A DNA stretch of 64,000 nt from Eledone cirrhosa (lineage: Eukaryota): the NCBI GenBank assembly GCA_964016885.1, contig OZ024750.1, positions 25,730,001-25,794,000 of the forward strand. Direction: 5' to 3'. Numbering within the stretch: the first letter of the stretch is position 1; every line of letters begins with the position of its first letter. The notes beneath the pieces are model-generated. The model saw only the letters and a list, made by a program, of their open reading frames with translations. It did no database searches and was not told the origin of the DNA. Of the stretch, positions 27,136-40,331 are shown one piece after another. The position numbers and the translations under genes were made by a program.

Positions 27136-28005
27136 ATGTATGTATGTACGAACGTATGTACGTACGTATGTATGTATGTATGTATGTATGTGTGTATATA
27201 TGTGTGTATATGTATGTATGTGTGTGTCCGTGTTCTATATAATAAACATTTAGATAATCAGATGATTTACGGAATTTCACGTCTGTCAGTTATTTAGCAA
27301 CAGTCACTTCAGATTTCGCTCTTGTTTTGATTTGTGAAGATAGCATTGACTTGAGGCCAGCCAAAATATTTATATATTGTCTGAAGTTGTTTAAAGTGAA
27401 ACTCTGATGACAATACTGATATAAACGTAAGCATACATACATACATACACAACACAGAACAGATATAACGTCACATATACATAATTTGTATACATGTACG
27501 GATGCTTAAGACTATGTATGTATGTGTGGCTCTGTGTGTGTTTGGATGTGGATGTTAGCATAAGTGAGTAAGTAGTAACGGAATTATTTCATTCCAGATA
27601 CAAATTTAGAGTATTATAGGATGTTCCTGTAAATTTATTTGAAGACAACGCCCCCCCCCCCCCCCCCCGGAATGTTTGTATAAGTATACGCATGTTTATG
27701 GCACACGCACCGAAACGACTGTGCTCATGGTTTCCAAATGTCAACTTATTTGTATGTAATATATATTGTGTTATTGTTTATCTTTGTAGTAAATTGACGA
27801 ATGGGAACTTGGAAATTACACACACACACACACACACATATATTCAAAATAGGGGCGCACAGGACAAAGACAATGGAAAAAAAACAACAACAGAAAGACG
27901 GACAGTCCCATCTCGTCAGTCAACTTCTGTATATTTTGAAATTGAATTTCAATATTTTTTATGATATTTCGACGGTGTGCCGAGTTTGGTACCCGCCTCT
28001 GTAAA

Positions 28006-28052
<47 letters not shown>

Positions 28053-28194
28053 TCTACCAACTCATAATATTATAATATTATAATATTATAATATTATAAA
28101 ATTAAATCCAAAAGATTTTTTAACACTACAAGTGAAGTCATTCTTTTCCCTTTTTTTCAAATATACCTAACTGTATCAAGGATCTCACACATTT

Positions 28195-28251
<57 letters not shown>

Positions 28252-28369
28252 GAACAGAGTAAAGTTTAAGCAAAGAATCGCTGCTTTCACTCTTAACGGG
28301 ATCTTCTTATAATAAATATGTTCTTATAATAAATATCTGCTCTACGGGTTTATTTACTCTCTCTCTCTA

Positions 28370-28430
<61 letters not shown>

Positions 28431-28592
28431 TATATATAGTAAAAGAATGAAGAATAACATGGTCGGCTGTACAATAGTGTTTATTTAAAGTATTAACAAT
28501 TGTTGAGTCAAACAACGTCGAACGTTAAAACTATCCTCGATACGGAGTACTCATAATCTCGAGCAGGATTACCTTAAACAATATCTTGTTAT

Positions 28593-28644
<52 letters not shown>

Positions 28645-28835
28645 CCTTATCGAGCACTCTTCGGATTTTAGTCTTCACATTTCTCATATATTATACATAT
28701 ATCACATATATATATATTATAAAATTGAGAGCGGCCAACCGGACTAGAAACTGCTAAATGTTTGGCTGCCCTCTCGTCTCTCGGCCTTTTCAGCCCCATG
28801 GAATATGTTTATTATATTCCTTTGTTAAATTTCGA

Positions 28836-28893
28836 ATACCTGATGATATCACCGGATTCATACTGAACCCGGTCATCGAAATGTTCATAGTAT
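28836..28893 (+). ncRNA. Type-I hammerhead followed by AATAAA
   Basis: ATAC-CTGATGA-TATC ACCGG ATTCA TAC TGAAC CCGGT CATC-GAAA-TGTTCA-TA-GTAT-AATAAA. Confidence 0.75.
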
Positions 28894-29610
28894 AATAAAC
28901 CTTTAAGGAATTAGACCAGTCCAGCCTCCTGTTATTTTATAATAATTAACTCCGTACTCGCACCACCAACAACACAAACGAAGACGGGTGAGTTGCATTA
29001 CGTCGAGTGCTCTCCTTAATATTACATCATGGTTGACTATACGGAATGACCAGTTCTGTCCAGTGGTGAACCAACAAACCTAAATGAATATATATATATA
29101 TATAACAATATTTTGTTCAAGATATTTCGATATAACTTATTATTTAGAAATGTTATTTTCTCCCTTAGATCATCAAGAAATATTAAAATCACTCATCTGT
29201 TATTTCTTCTTTCAGCTTATTCGTTTTTCTTCTCCCTTTTCACATTACCTCAACAGACCGTGAAATATGACTGCTTCCAAGGCAAATACAAACTTGTGTG
29301 GTAATCTGGTCAATTATTGGTGACGTCACGATTTTGCTGTCACGTGGGGTTGCTGGTGCCAATAGAAATATTCTTTATTTTTTGTGCAGAACATTTTGAA
29401 ATTCAATTTTTAGTGCACACAATTTAAATTAATTTTTTTTTCATATTTCGACATAAAAAATCCCAGTTCAATTTTTAAAATTAAAAGTAGGTTTCTAAGA
29501 ATAAGTAATAGCTAAATAAATGAGTCTGGAATACTGTTTGCTTTTCTTAAGACTTTATTTCTGAAGCAATGACAAAAGAAGTTCTCAGCACGTCTGTGTC
29601 ACTTGAGTAA

Positions 29611-29931
29611 CTCGGTTGTACATATTTCACTGAAGACTATCAATTATGATAGTCTGAGCTCTTCAGATGGTATAGCCTAAAATAAACATAGAAAGTTCCT
29701 AAGAAACCTTTAAAATTTGGAAAAATCTAATAATTTCCCCGAAGAAACAACACCACGTATTCGGCCGGCTTTCTGTATCATAAAAACAAAATCTTCTTTC
29801 GGTGAAATTATTAGATTTTTCCAAATTTTCAAAGTTTATTAGGAACTTTTGAATGTTTATTTTAGGCTTTGCCGTCTGAAGAGTTCATGCTATCATAATT
29901 GATAGTCCTCAGTGAAATATGTATAACGGAG
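29611..29931. mobile_element. Diverged about 130-bp inverted repeat carrying an HHR on each arm (plus copy 29872-29929)
   Basis: CCGT-CTGAAGA-GTTCATGCTATC ATAATT GATAGTCCTCAGT-GAAA-TATGTA-TA-ACGG; arms at about 29611-29745 and 29795-29931. Confidence 0.72.
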
Positions 29932-30702
29932 TTTTAAATAAACCTGAATCAACTGAATATGGCCTCCGATTTTTTAAAATTAATATATAATGCTCCGTCT
30001 TGTACTATTTATACAGGTCGTTGAGCAATTCTTTTTATCTGCTTCACAACCGACAGACTATGGTGTGATCCGCACATTCGTGTTTTGTTACTACACTTCC
30101 TTCGTTATATATTTATATAGTATATGTTTGGTTATATTGGAGTTTACGAATATATATCTCCTGGTAAAGATTATAGAAGCTCTATGCTATTCAAACGTAT
30201 ATAGAATAAAATTATGTTGTAAGTCTAACTTGGTTATTGTCTCTCAATTTATTATTATTAGTATGCGCCTGTAGATTGGAGGTTGAAAACTGGGAGAGGG
30301 CACTTTCCCTGGTGGTCAGGGTCACCGTGGCTTTTTTAATGGGCTTTCTCCACGAGTGACCCTCGGAAGTCTCCCCCACTCATTAGGAAATTTTCCGTTG
30401 TTTCCTTTTTTTTGTTATTTCCTTTGTTATTGTTTTTTTTTCTTTACACGCAGAAAGGCCCATTTGTACCGTTCTGTACCGTCCCGTCCTGTACTGTCCT
30501 TAATGTTATACTTTATGTCAACCCTTGTGGTTAACAAAGAAAGCATTATACGCCCCTTTATAGTCTGAGTTCAAATTCCGCCGAGGTTTACTTTGCTTTT
30601 CATCCTTACGGGGTCGATAAAATAAAGTACCAGTAATGTACTGAGATAATAGCTGGTCTTGTGCCAAAAGTAGAAACAATTATTATACACACACACACAT
30701 GC

Positions 30703-30766
<64 letters not shown>

Positions 30767-30771
<5 letters not shown>

Positions 30772-30945
30772 TAAAATAACAGATTAAAGTTTAAGCAGAA
30801 GATCCCGTTAAGGGTGAAAGCAGCGATTCTTTGCTTAAACTTTAATCTGTTATTTTAATAAATATTTGCTCTACGGTTCTTATATATTTGATATATATTT
30901 ATCCTTATCGAGCCCTCTTTGGATTTTAGTCTTCAAATTTATTAT
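30767..30945 (+). mobile_element. Fold-back element with variant hammerhead core CAGAAGA
   Basis: TTTATTAAAATAACAGATTAAAGTTTAAGC arms enclosing CAGAAGA-TCCC GTTAA GGGT-GAAA-GCA..TGC-TT-AAAC. Family fragments at 28250-28350, 32160-32230, 33340-33497 and 57575-57670. Confidence 0.6.
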
Positions 30946-30948
30946 TAT

Positions 30949-30991
<43 letters not shown>

Positions 30992-31724
30992 AATAGGTTG
31001 TATTGTTAGAAAACCAAACCTCGAATAAAGAAGGTTTGGATATTTCCCTCCATCTATTGATTACAACATGGCTGTATTTGTTGGTAGACAAACCCTGAAA
31101 CAATAGCTCTTATTATCCCGGGGCTCCTCCTTCCTATCCCCACCCGACATACTGTACCCAGAGTATCGTGGTCAGTGCATAATTTTGTGTAACATCAAGG
31201 ACTGGGTGGAGAAGAGTGGTGATAAAAATAATAATATAGATTATATATGTTTGCCCCTTAATCCTACTAGGGTGAACGTAAACGGGTGGGAAGGTCTTTT
31301 GACGTATTACTTTCCCAGTTCCCATATCTATTTGGCCATTGCACTTGCCATGCTTTCCTTCCTTTCTTTGTTTCTTTATTTCTTTCTTTTTTTCTTTCTC
31401 TCTTTCTTTCTTTCTTTCTTTCTTACTCCCATATATATGTTTGTGTATGTGTATATATATATATATATGCGTGTGCGTGTGTATGTATGTATGTATGTAT
31501 GTATGTATGTATGTATGTATACATACACACACAAACATACACGCACACACACACACACGCACACACACGCACACGCACATATATATATATATATACATAT
31601 GTGTGCATTCAATAGCGATATTTCAAGTACAGTAGAGAAATGCACGTACATCATATATATTTGTAGATACATAATGATAGCACAAGAGAGGAACACAATA
31701 TAAAGTGGGAAAGAGAGAGAGAGT

Positions 31725-31755
<31 letters not shown>

Positions 31756-31920
31756 AGAGAGAGAGAGAGAGAGAGGGAGATTATATAAAATTTATACAGA
31801 TATAACTTGAGATAGAGAAGTGGAGAGTGTGTGTTTCTGTATGTACATATATATATAATGCAAAAATAGATTTGTGGAATTACCAACAAATTAAATATCT
31901 TTGTTTATAATGCATACATA

Positions 31921-31964
<44 letters not shown>

Positions 31965-32124
31965 ATGTGTATTTATATATATATGTATATATACATACAT
32001 ACCCCCCACCATATATATATATATATATATGTTTATTTTTGTGTATGTGTATTTATATATATATGTATATATACATATATATATGAAAATTAGGATTGTA
32101 TATATATACATATATATTTGTATG

Positions 32125-32159
<35 letters not shown>

Positions 32160-32236
32160 TTATTAAAATAACAGATTAAAGTTTAAGCCTTATCGAGCCC
32201 TCTTTGTATTTTAGTCTTCACATTTTTTATTATTAC

Positions 32237-32267
<31 letters not shown>

Positions 32268-32309
32268 GAATGTATATATAGTGTATTTGGCAATACACTG
32301 TATGCTTAA

Positions 32310-32584
32310 TTAAAAGCATTTTGAAGACCTTACGCTATTGTTTTAAAGTAGTGACTATGTCACTTACTTCTTTTTTAAACTAACAAAGGGAGATAAGCCG
32401 ATAGATCTCTGTTTCATATTGTTGGTATTCGTCAGAGCTTAGCACTCCGTTTTGCCTGTTGAAAATTATAAATGTTGGATTCTTATAGAATTCCAGTAAT
32501 AATCAGGAGCACTAATTCTAATTTTCAATTTTTGCTGGACCGGCAACCGCTCTGTATAATCAGTTCAACCCGGAATAACTTAAG

Positions 32585-32586
<2 letters not shown>
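32310..32586 (-). mobile_element. Diverged single-copy relative of the 311-bp unit, with own HHR and internal inversion
   Basis: Shares CATTTTGAAGACCT, CGCTAT, CTTATAGAAT and (opposite orientation) GGACCGGCAACCGCTCT with the array. Minus HHR at about 32395-32440: AAGCT-CTGACGA-...-GAAA-CAG AGAT CTA-TC-GGCTT. Confidence 0.7.
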
Positions 32587-32637
<51 letters not shown>

Positions 32638-33574
32638 AATATAAATTAGCGAGAATCGTTTTCAGCTCAGGAATTAACGAAAATCAACGTCCGATATGTG
32701 TGGCAAGCGCTCGATGAATCATATGAATCAGAGCTACAACATACGTTAAGGGCCAAACACACTGAGATGATGGTTAAACATATCATCCGCACAGCCAAAA
32801 CAAAACGACCAAGTAATTCGGGTCAAACAATAAAAATATATGTGTTGATACTTTCCCGGACCCTGGACTGATGGTAAAATCCAGTATTGGTTTCTGCGAC
32901 TCCAAATCAGGTACTGTCCGCCTACATAAAGAATGTTGGGTTTCTGGTGAGATGATGAACAAGGAAGTCGTGTTATCAACGGGTTTTGCTCCAAGATGCT
33001 ATAGATAGTGTGGCTATTACTGACCCCTCGTGGGATTCAGCAAGGGAGGTAACACCTCTATTAAGCGAATGATTCAGTTGTGTATTATTGCGAGAATGCA
33101 AAATATCACAAATCGAATAAAGCTCTCGACAGAATAGTTAAATATAACAGAGCTATTCAACAGTCAATATAAGTAACTGAAAAAATCAATAAAAAAATCA
33201 ATAAAATTAACTGCTCAATAGCTAGACTCTGGAGATTAATACAAATATAAATTAGCGAAAATCGCTTTTAGCTCAGGAATATATATCAAAATAACAGATA
33301 TAAATATATATAACAGATATAAATATATAAATATATATCAAAATAACAGATTAAAGTGTAAGCAAAGAATCGCTGCTTTCAACCTTAACCGGGTCTTCTG
33401 AAACTGTTATTTTAATAAATATTTGCTCTACGGTTCTTATATATTTGATATATACATTTATCCTTATCGAGCCGTCTTTGAATATTAGTCTCCACATTGC
33501 ACTGGGTAATTGCTGGCCTTGTGCCTATAGTAGAAACAATTATTATTATTATTACTATATATATATATAAATAT

Positions 33575-34192
33575 ATACAATATTAAATAAATGGAAACTA
33601 TATTTATAAAACCATATTTATTTCATTATATATATTTCAGGGATATCATATTAACAATATGCTATGCCTTCCTCAGACAAAATACAATATAAACAGTTTT
33701 ATAGATAAATAGATTCGACATACCGTAACATAAAACTGTTTATATTGTATTTTGTCTGAGGAAGGCATAGCATATTGTTAATATGATATCCCTGAAATAT
33801 ATATAATGAAATAAATATGGTTTTATAAATATAGTTTCCATTTATTTAATATTGTAAATATACTCCAAATATTTGTCGAGTGCTTTTATATCAGTTATAA
33901 ATATTTACTAGTTGTAACCCAACAATTTAAATATAACTTTCCATATAAATATATATATATATATGCAAAAGTTCTATTTAAAGTTGTTGGGATACAACAA
34001 GTAAATATTTTTATAACTGATATAAAGCACTCGACAAAGTAATGGTTGTATTTTAAAGGGTACGTCAAACCTATTTGTAAAACTGTTATATATTGTATTT
34101 TGTCTGATGAAGGCATACCATAATTTAATGTGGTATCCCTGAAATATGTATAATGAAATAAATATGGTTTTATAAATATAGTTTCCATTTAT
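33575..34192 (+). mobile_element. pLTR-like element: inverted copy + about 350-bp partial tandem, three HHRs (family 'TATATA')
   Basis: 33575-33703 is inverted against 33730-33857, and 33730-33845 recurs at about 34078-34192. Cores CTGAGGA and CTGATGA ... GAAA-TATATA/TATGTA-TA-ATGAAAT. Confidence 0.8.
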
Positions 34193-34199
34193 TAATATC

Positions 34200-34263
<64 letters not shown>

Positions 34264-34272
34264 GTATATATG

Positions 34273-34563
<291 letters not shown>

Positions 34564-34574
34564 TGTATATATAT

Positions 34575-34890
<316 letters not shown>

Positions 34891-35497
34891 GTCAGGTCAC
34901 CAGTTGGTGCTACTGATAACATGTATTCCAGTACAACCTGTCCCATGGTCGGGTCGTTGGCGACTAAACTGGCAACCCCACCAAGTTTTCTTGGTGAGGA
35001 GGGTGAATTTGGACATCCTGGAGGACTAAAAACAAAACCTGTCAAAGGGCAAAGGAGCTCTTAAGAGTCATTGGCCATCCAAAACCACCGGGAGAGATGA
35101 CCCCTTAGCCTTTGTCAAGGCAGAATTCTAGGAGAAGGAAAACTCTGATATAACACCTGCAACCCTGATGGTATCCAATGATGTTGACTTGTTCTTCTTT
35201 TTGGTAAATATGATCTTGGTTAAGAGAGTGGGACTGGCTTTGTGCAGTGCCTTTGCTCACTATAAAAGCTTCACGACACAGGCATTGCTTTATATCTGGA
35301 GATCTCCCTTTACTTGTCGTCACATGGTACCATGGGTCCAGCACTATGTGTCAATAATTGACACAAGTGTAGTGTTTGTACCAGAGTGTTCAAGTCAATG
35401 CTGGACTAAAAAGTCACACTCGTAGGGGTTCGGTAGTGGTTCTCCTACATGGATATAAAGTAGTGGCCGTACTCGAAAACGAGTTGGCAGCTACCAT
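34891..35497 (+). mobile_element. Bipartite RTE-derived element, full copy
   Basis: Colinear with 25546-26153 from end to end. Confidence 0.85.
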
Positions 35498-35498
35498 A

Positions 35499-35550
<52 letters not shown>

Positions 35551-35815
35551 GATTTTTTTAAAGTCCTCATGACTCCGCCCAGGCGACTGTTGTTATCTTG
35601 AAAGTAATACTTCCTATCGTTTGTCACTGAGTCATTCATCCAGATAGAATATGGCCAATAAAAAGGTTTACATAAAGTGTGGTGTTGTAAAAATATGCAG
35701 TTACATAATAGCGACGGCGGACGATGTATAATATATATATTATATATATATATAATATATATATATTGTATATACATATATTTTGTATATATATATATAT
35801 ATTGTATATAGGCAT

Positions 35816-35875
<60 letters not shown>

Positions 35876-35891
35876 ATATATATATATATAT

Positions 35892-35927
<36 letters not shown>

Positions 35928-36232
35928 ATATATATATATATATTGTATATATATACAATATATATTGTGTATATATATATATATACACAGACATACACAA
36001 TAATATATATATATATATACAATATATATTGTATATATATACAATATATTGTATATATATATATATATATAGATATAATATATATATACAATATATTGTA
36101 TATATATACAATAAATATTGTGTATATATATACATAAATATATATATATATATACACATACATACACTCTAATATATATATACACAATATATATTGTATA
36201 TATATACAATATATTGTATATATATACAATAT

Positions 36233-36280
<48 letters not shown>

Positions 36281-36522
36281 ATATATATACAATATATTGT
36301 ATATATATACAATATATATTGTGTATATATATTAGTGTTAGTGTGTATGTCGGTGTATATATATATATATATATATACAGTTTCAAAAGGTGGATACAAA
36401 TAAATATATAAAATAGGAGGTTATAACCAAATAACGTGTGAAAATTAATTTCACTAAAAAAATACGCTCAGGCGCTTTAAGGCTATAAAGTGACGATCAT
36501 ATATATATTAATATATAATATA

Positions 36523-36576
<54 letters not shown>

Positions 36577-36594
36577 CATATTCTAGTCGATCGA

Positions 36595-36802
36595 CTTTCG
36601 TCAAATCGGACCGAGGAAACCATGTTTCCGTTGGTCTTTCCAATTGCTAATACTATCTATCGGTCGCAACTCCAGGTAGAAGGAGCAACGTGAAATAAAG
36701 TGTCTTGCTCAAGGACATAACGCATCGCCTGGTTCAGGAATCGAACTCACAACCTCACGATTGTGAATCCAATACTCTAACCACTCAGCCACACGCCTTC
36801 AC
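36595..36802 (-). mobile_element. SINE family B (tRNA head + CORE-like)
   Basis: Minus strand: GTGAAGGCGTGTGGCTGAGTGGTTAG (A box)...GAGTTCGATTCC (B box)...GTCCTTGAGCAAGACACTTT. Confidence 0.85.
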
Positions 36803-36813
36803 TATATATATAC

Positions 36814-36857
<44 letters not shown>

Positions 36858-36935
36858 CTGTGTATTGAGTACTTATATATATATATATATGTGTGTGTGT
36901 ATTTGTACACAAAAACACAAACATACACACTAATT

Positions 36936-36970
<35 letters not shown>

Positions 36971-36981
36971 ATATATACATA

Positions 36982-37050
<69 letters not shown>

Positions 37051-37059
37051 TATATATAC

Positions 37060-37169
<110 letters not shown>

Positions 37170-37204
37170 TAGTGTGTATGTTTGGGTTTTTGTGTGTGTA
37201 TTTG

Positions 37205-37246
<42 letters not shown>

Positions 37247-37635
37247 CATATATATATATAAGTACTCAATACACAGAGGTATGTGAGGCTGTGAAAGCGA
37301 GAGTGTTGACGTTTGCAATACCATTGATAATTATACAATCACCAACCGTACTCAATAACATTCCTTTGAGGTGGTGTTATGTGTCATAAAGACACAATGT
37401 TATTTAATCGAATCCCGATCTGTTGGCGAGCAATAAATTCTATATTTTGTCGTCACTTGTGTGTAGTCAGCCATTCAGCACTGACTACTATACGTTAAAG
37501 CTGCTGTTTATTACTTAATAATTGCTTCTATTTTTGGCACAAGGCCACCAAAACCTCCAGTGCATTACTGGTAGTTTATTTTATCGACTCCGTAAGGATG
37601 AAAGGCAAAGTTAACCTCGGCTGGTAGTTGTAGTA

Positions 37636-37835
37636 NNNNNNNNNNNNNNNNNNNNNNNNNNNNNNNNNNNNNNNNNNNNNNNNNNNNNNNNNNNNNNNNN
37701 NNNNNNNNNNNNNNNNNNNNNNNNNNNNNNNNNNNNNNNNNNNNNNNNNNNNNNNNNNNNNNNNNNNNNNNNNNNNNNNNNNNNNNNNNNNNNNNNNNNN
37801 NNNNNNNNNNNNNNNNNNNNNNNNNNNNNNNNNNN
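37636..37835. other. Assembly gap (200 N)
   Basis: Direct reading. Confidence 1.
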
Positions 37836-37927
37836 TATATAATATATATACATAGTATGTATATATATATATATACATACATATATATACATATATACAT
37901 ACATGCTAAGAGCTATGTATGTATATA

Positions 37928-37985
<58 letters not shown>

Positions 37986-38044
37986 CATATATATACATAT
38001 ATATATACATACATATATATATATATATATATACATATATATAC

Positions 38045-38079
<35 letters not shown>

Positions 38080-38090
38080 CATATATATAC

Positions 38091-38123
<33 letters not shown>

Positions 38124-38134
38124 CATATATATAC

Positions 38135-38185
<51 letters not shown>

Positions 38186-38190
38186 TATAC

Positions 38191-38269
<79 letters not shown>

Positions 38270-38859
38270 CATAGCTCTTAGCATGTAGAGCTAAATAGGA
38301 TCTTTATTCTATCATTCTCTTGTTACACACACACATATATATGTATGCCTACTCTCTCTCTCTTTCTCTCTCTCTATATGTATATATATACATATATACA
38401 TATGCATACAACATTCATATGCATTTATATATACAAACACGTGCGCGCGCATACACACAATGATATATGCATGTGTGCAGTAAGATAGTGAAGAAAAGGA
38501 GTGATAGAGAAAGACAGGAAGTGAGAGAGGATCAGTCAGAGTGTATAACTGGTAAGAGAGACCAGAGAGAACTATTCACGACTGGAAGAGGAACTGTTAA
38601 ATCATATTTGGAAATGTATCTTATTCTCCATTGCAACGCATCTTATTACCAGATAAGAAATCGTGATCAACGCGTCTCTGCCTTATCTACCTTTTCTTCT
38701 GGGATGCTCTGACTCACTCTTGAGAGTAGAGGTGGGGTAGAGGTTATAATTTTGTCTTCGACAAGTGTTAAGTCACGAATTTAGCAATGTGTTTAAATTT
38801 AAAGGTCATTTGTGTTAAGAAACCACTTGTTAAATGAAATAGCATTATTTTATGATGAT

Positions 38860-39050
38860 GGGCGGTGGATTGGCAGTATCGGTAGAGGGTTGGACGCCAT
38901 GCTTTGATGCATAGAGTTACGGCCCTTGCCATTCTGAGTTCAAATCCCGCCTAGGTTAACTTTGCCTTTCATCCTTACGGGGTCGATAAAATAAAGTACC
39001 AGTAATGCACTGAGTATTTTGCTGGCCTTGTGCCAAAAGTAGAAACAATT
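38860..39050 (+). mobile_element. SINE family A, full length
   Basis: TSD ATTATTTTATGATGAT at 38844-38859 and 39048-39063. Confidence 0.92.
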
Positions 39051-39103
39051 ATTTTATGATGATTGTTCTGGATTAACGAAACCTGATTAAGAAATTTTAT
39101 ATG

Positions 39104-39220
<117 letters not shown>

Positions 39221-39437
39221 AATGTATGTATGTATACGTACATACATATATGTATACAGACGTACAGTAGTATGTATATATATACATACATGCACACATA
39301 TATATATATATGCACGTATCGGTTTACCGAACATTTATTATAATGCTCGGTTTTTTTGCAAACAAACAAACAGCCCGAATTACGCCGTACAGTGTTTAGG
39401 CAACCACGTCACCTTTTTGTTCAATACTGACACAGGA

Positions 39438-39480
39438 ACGATGTACTAGTTTCAAGCTTATTAGCTATCGTCAGCATCGT
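39438..39480 (-). ncRNA. Minimal type-I hammerhead inside a doubly inverted element (39222-39841)
   Basis: Minus strand: ACGATG-CTGACGA-T AGCT AATA AGCT T-GAAA-CTAG-TA-CATCGT; perfect 6-bp helix I and palindromic helix III. Confidence 0.88.
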
Positions 39481-39837
39481 ATACCTTCCTGTCAGATGGT
39501 TGAACGTCTGAAAGTATATACTTTCCTTTTGGATATTATCGGCTTAGCAGCCTAATTTGCATATCGAGTGAGTTTAGTCGGCCGGGCGCACCGAAAACGA
39601 TAAATGGAATAGAATGAAACGAAATTTCATTTCTCACTCTTAGTACGGCACTTATTTATAATAAATGTTCGGTAAACCGATACGTGCATATATATATATA
39701 TATGTGTGCATGTATCTATATATATACATACTACTGTACGTCTGTATACATATATGTATGTACGTATACATACATACTTACATTTAAGTAAGTGCCGTAC
39801 TAAGAGTGAGAAATGAAATTTCGTTTCAGCCTATTCC

Positions 39838-39887
<50 letters not shown>

Positions 39888-39890
<3 letters not shown>

Positions 39891-40170
39891 GGAGGTGAGT
39901 TTTATTGTAGTACAATAAAGCAATGCAGATATCGGATAAGAAGCACTCTACAGTTTGTAGGACTGGAGTATATATAATATATAAGAACAAAAGATGATAT
40001 GTTGATTTAAAACTGCACTATCCACAAGTGTTTTTTAACCTTCATATCATGTCTTCCTATTTTATCTGATGAAAACACAAATATTATTGCATGATGATAT
40101 TTGTTTTTGAAATGCTCATAATAAAATACATGGAACTCTTTTAACCATCTTTTGTTCTTATATATTATAT
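39888..40170 (+). mobile_element. Family 'TGCGCA' element with inversion; HHR at 40060-40126
   Basis: TTTTAT-CTGATGA-AAACACAAATATT...GATATTTGTTTTT-GAAA-TGCTCA-TA-ATAAAA. Confidence 0.8.
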
Positions 40171-40331
40171 ATATCCTATATGATGTTGACCTCAATATTT
40201 AATTACGAATATTCACTATTTAAGACAAAGAAAGAAGCAAACAAATAAAAAATATCTTGGGTGTTTGATAGAGAACTTCTCTCTAAAATTGACATTGTGG
40301 TACTTATTACCTGGCACTATTACCCTGTAAT

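Noticed and set aside
26684-27253. 189-aa C2H2 zinc-finger ORF as a host ZNF gene
   Set aside because: No TGEKP linkers; the upstream WR..I...FE..R motif and (ATGT)n flanks fit an RTE LINE C-terminus.
27400-27432. CTGATGA...AAACGTA hammerhead-like string
   Set aside because: GAAA box replaced by TAAA and helices I and II are minimal.
36700-36802. tRNA gene (A and B boxes on minus strand)
   Set aside because: No full cloverleaf; continues into a CORE-like SINE body and has diverged dispersed copies.
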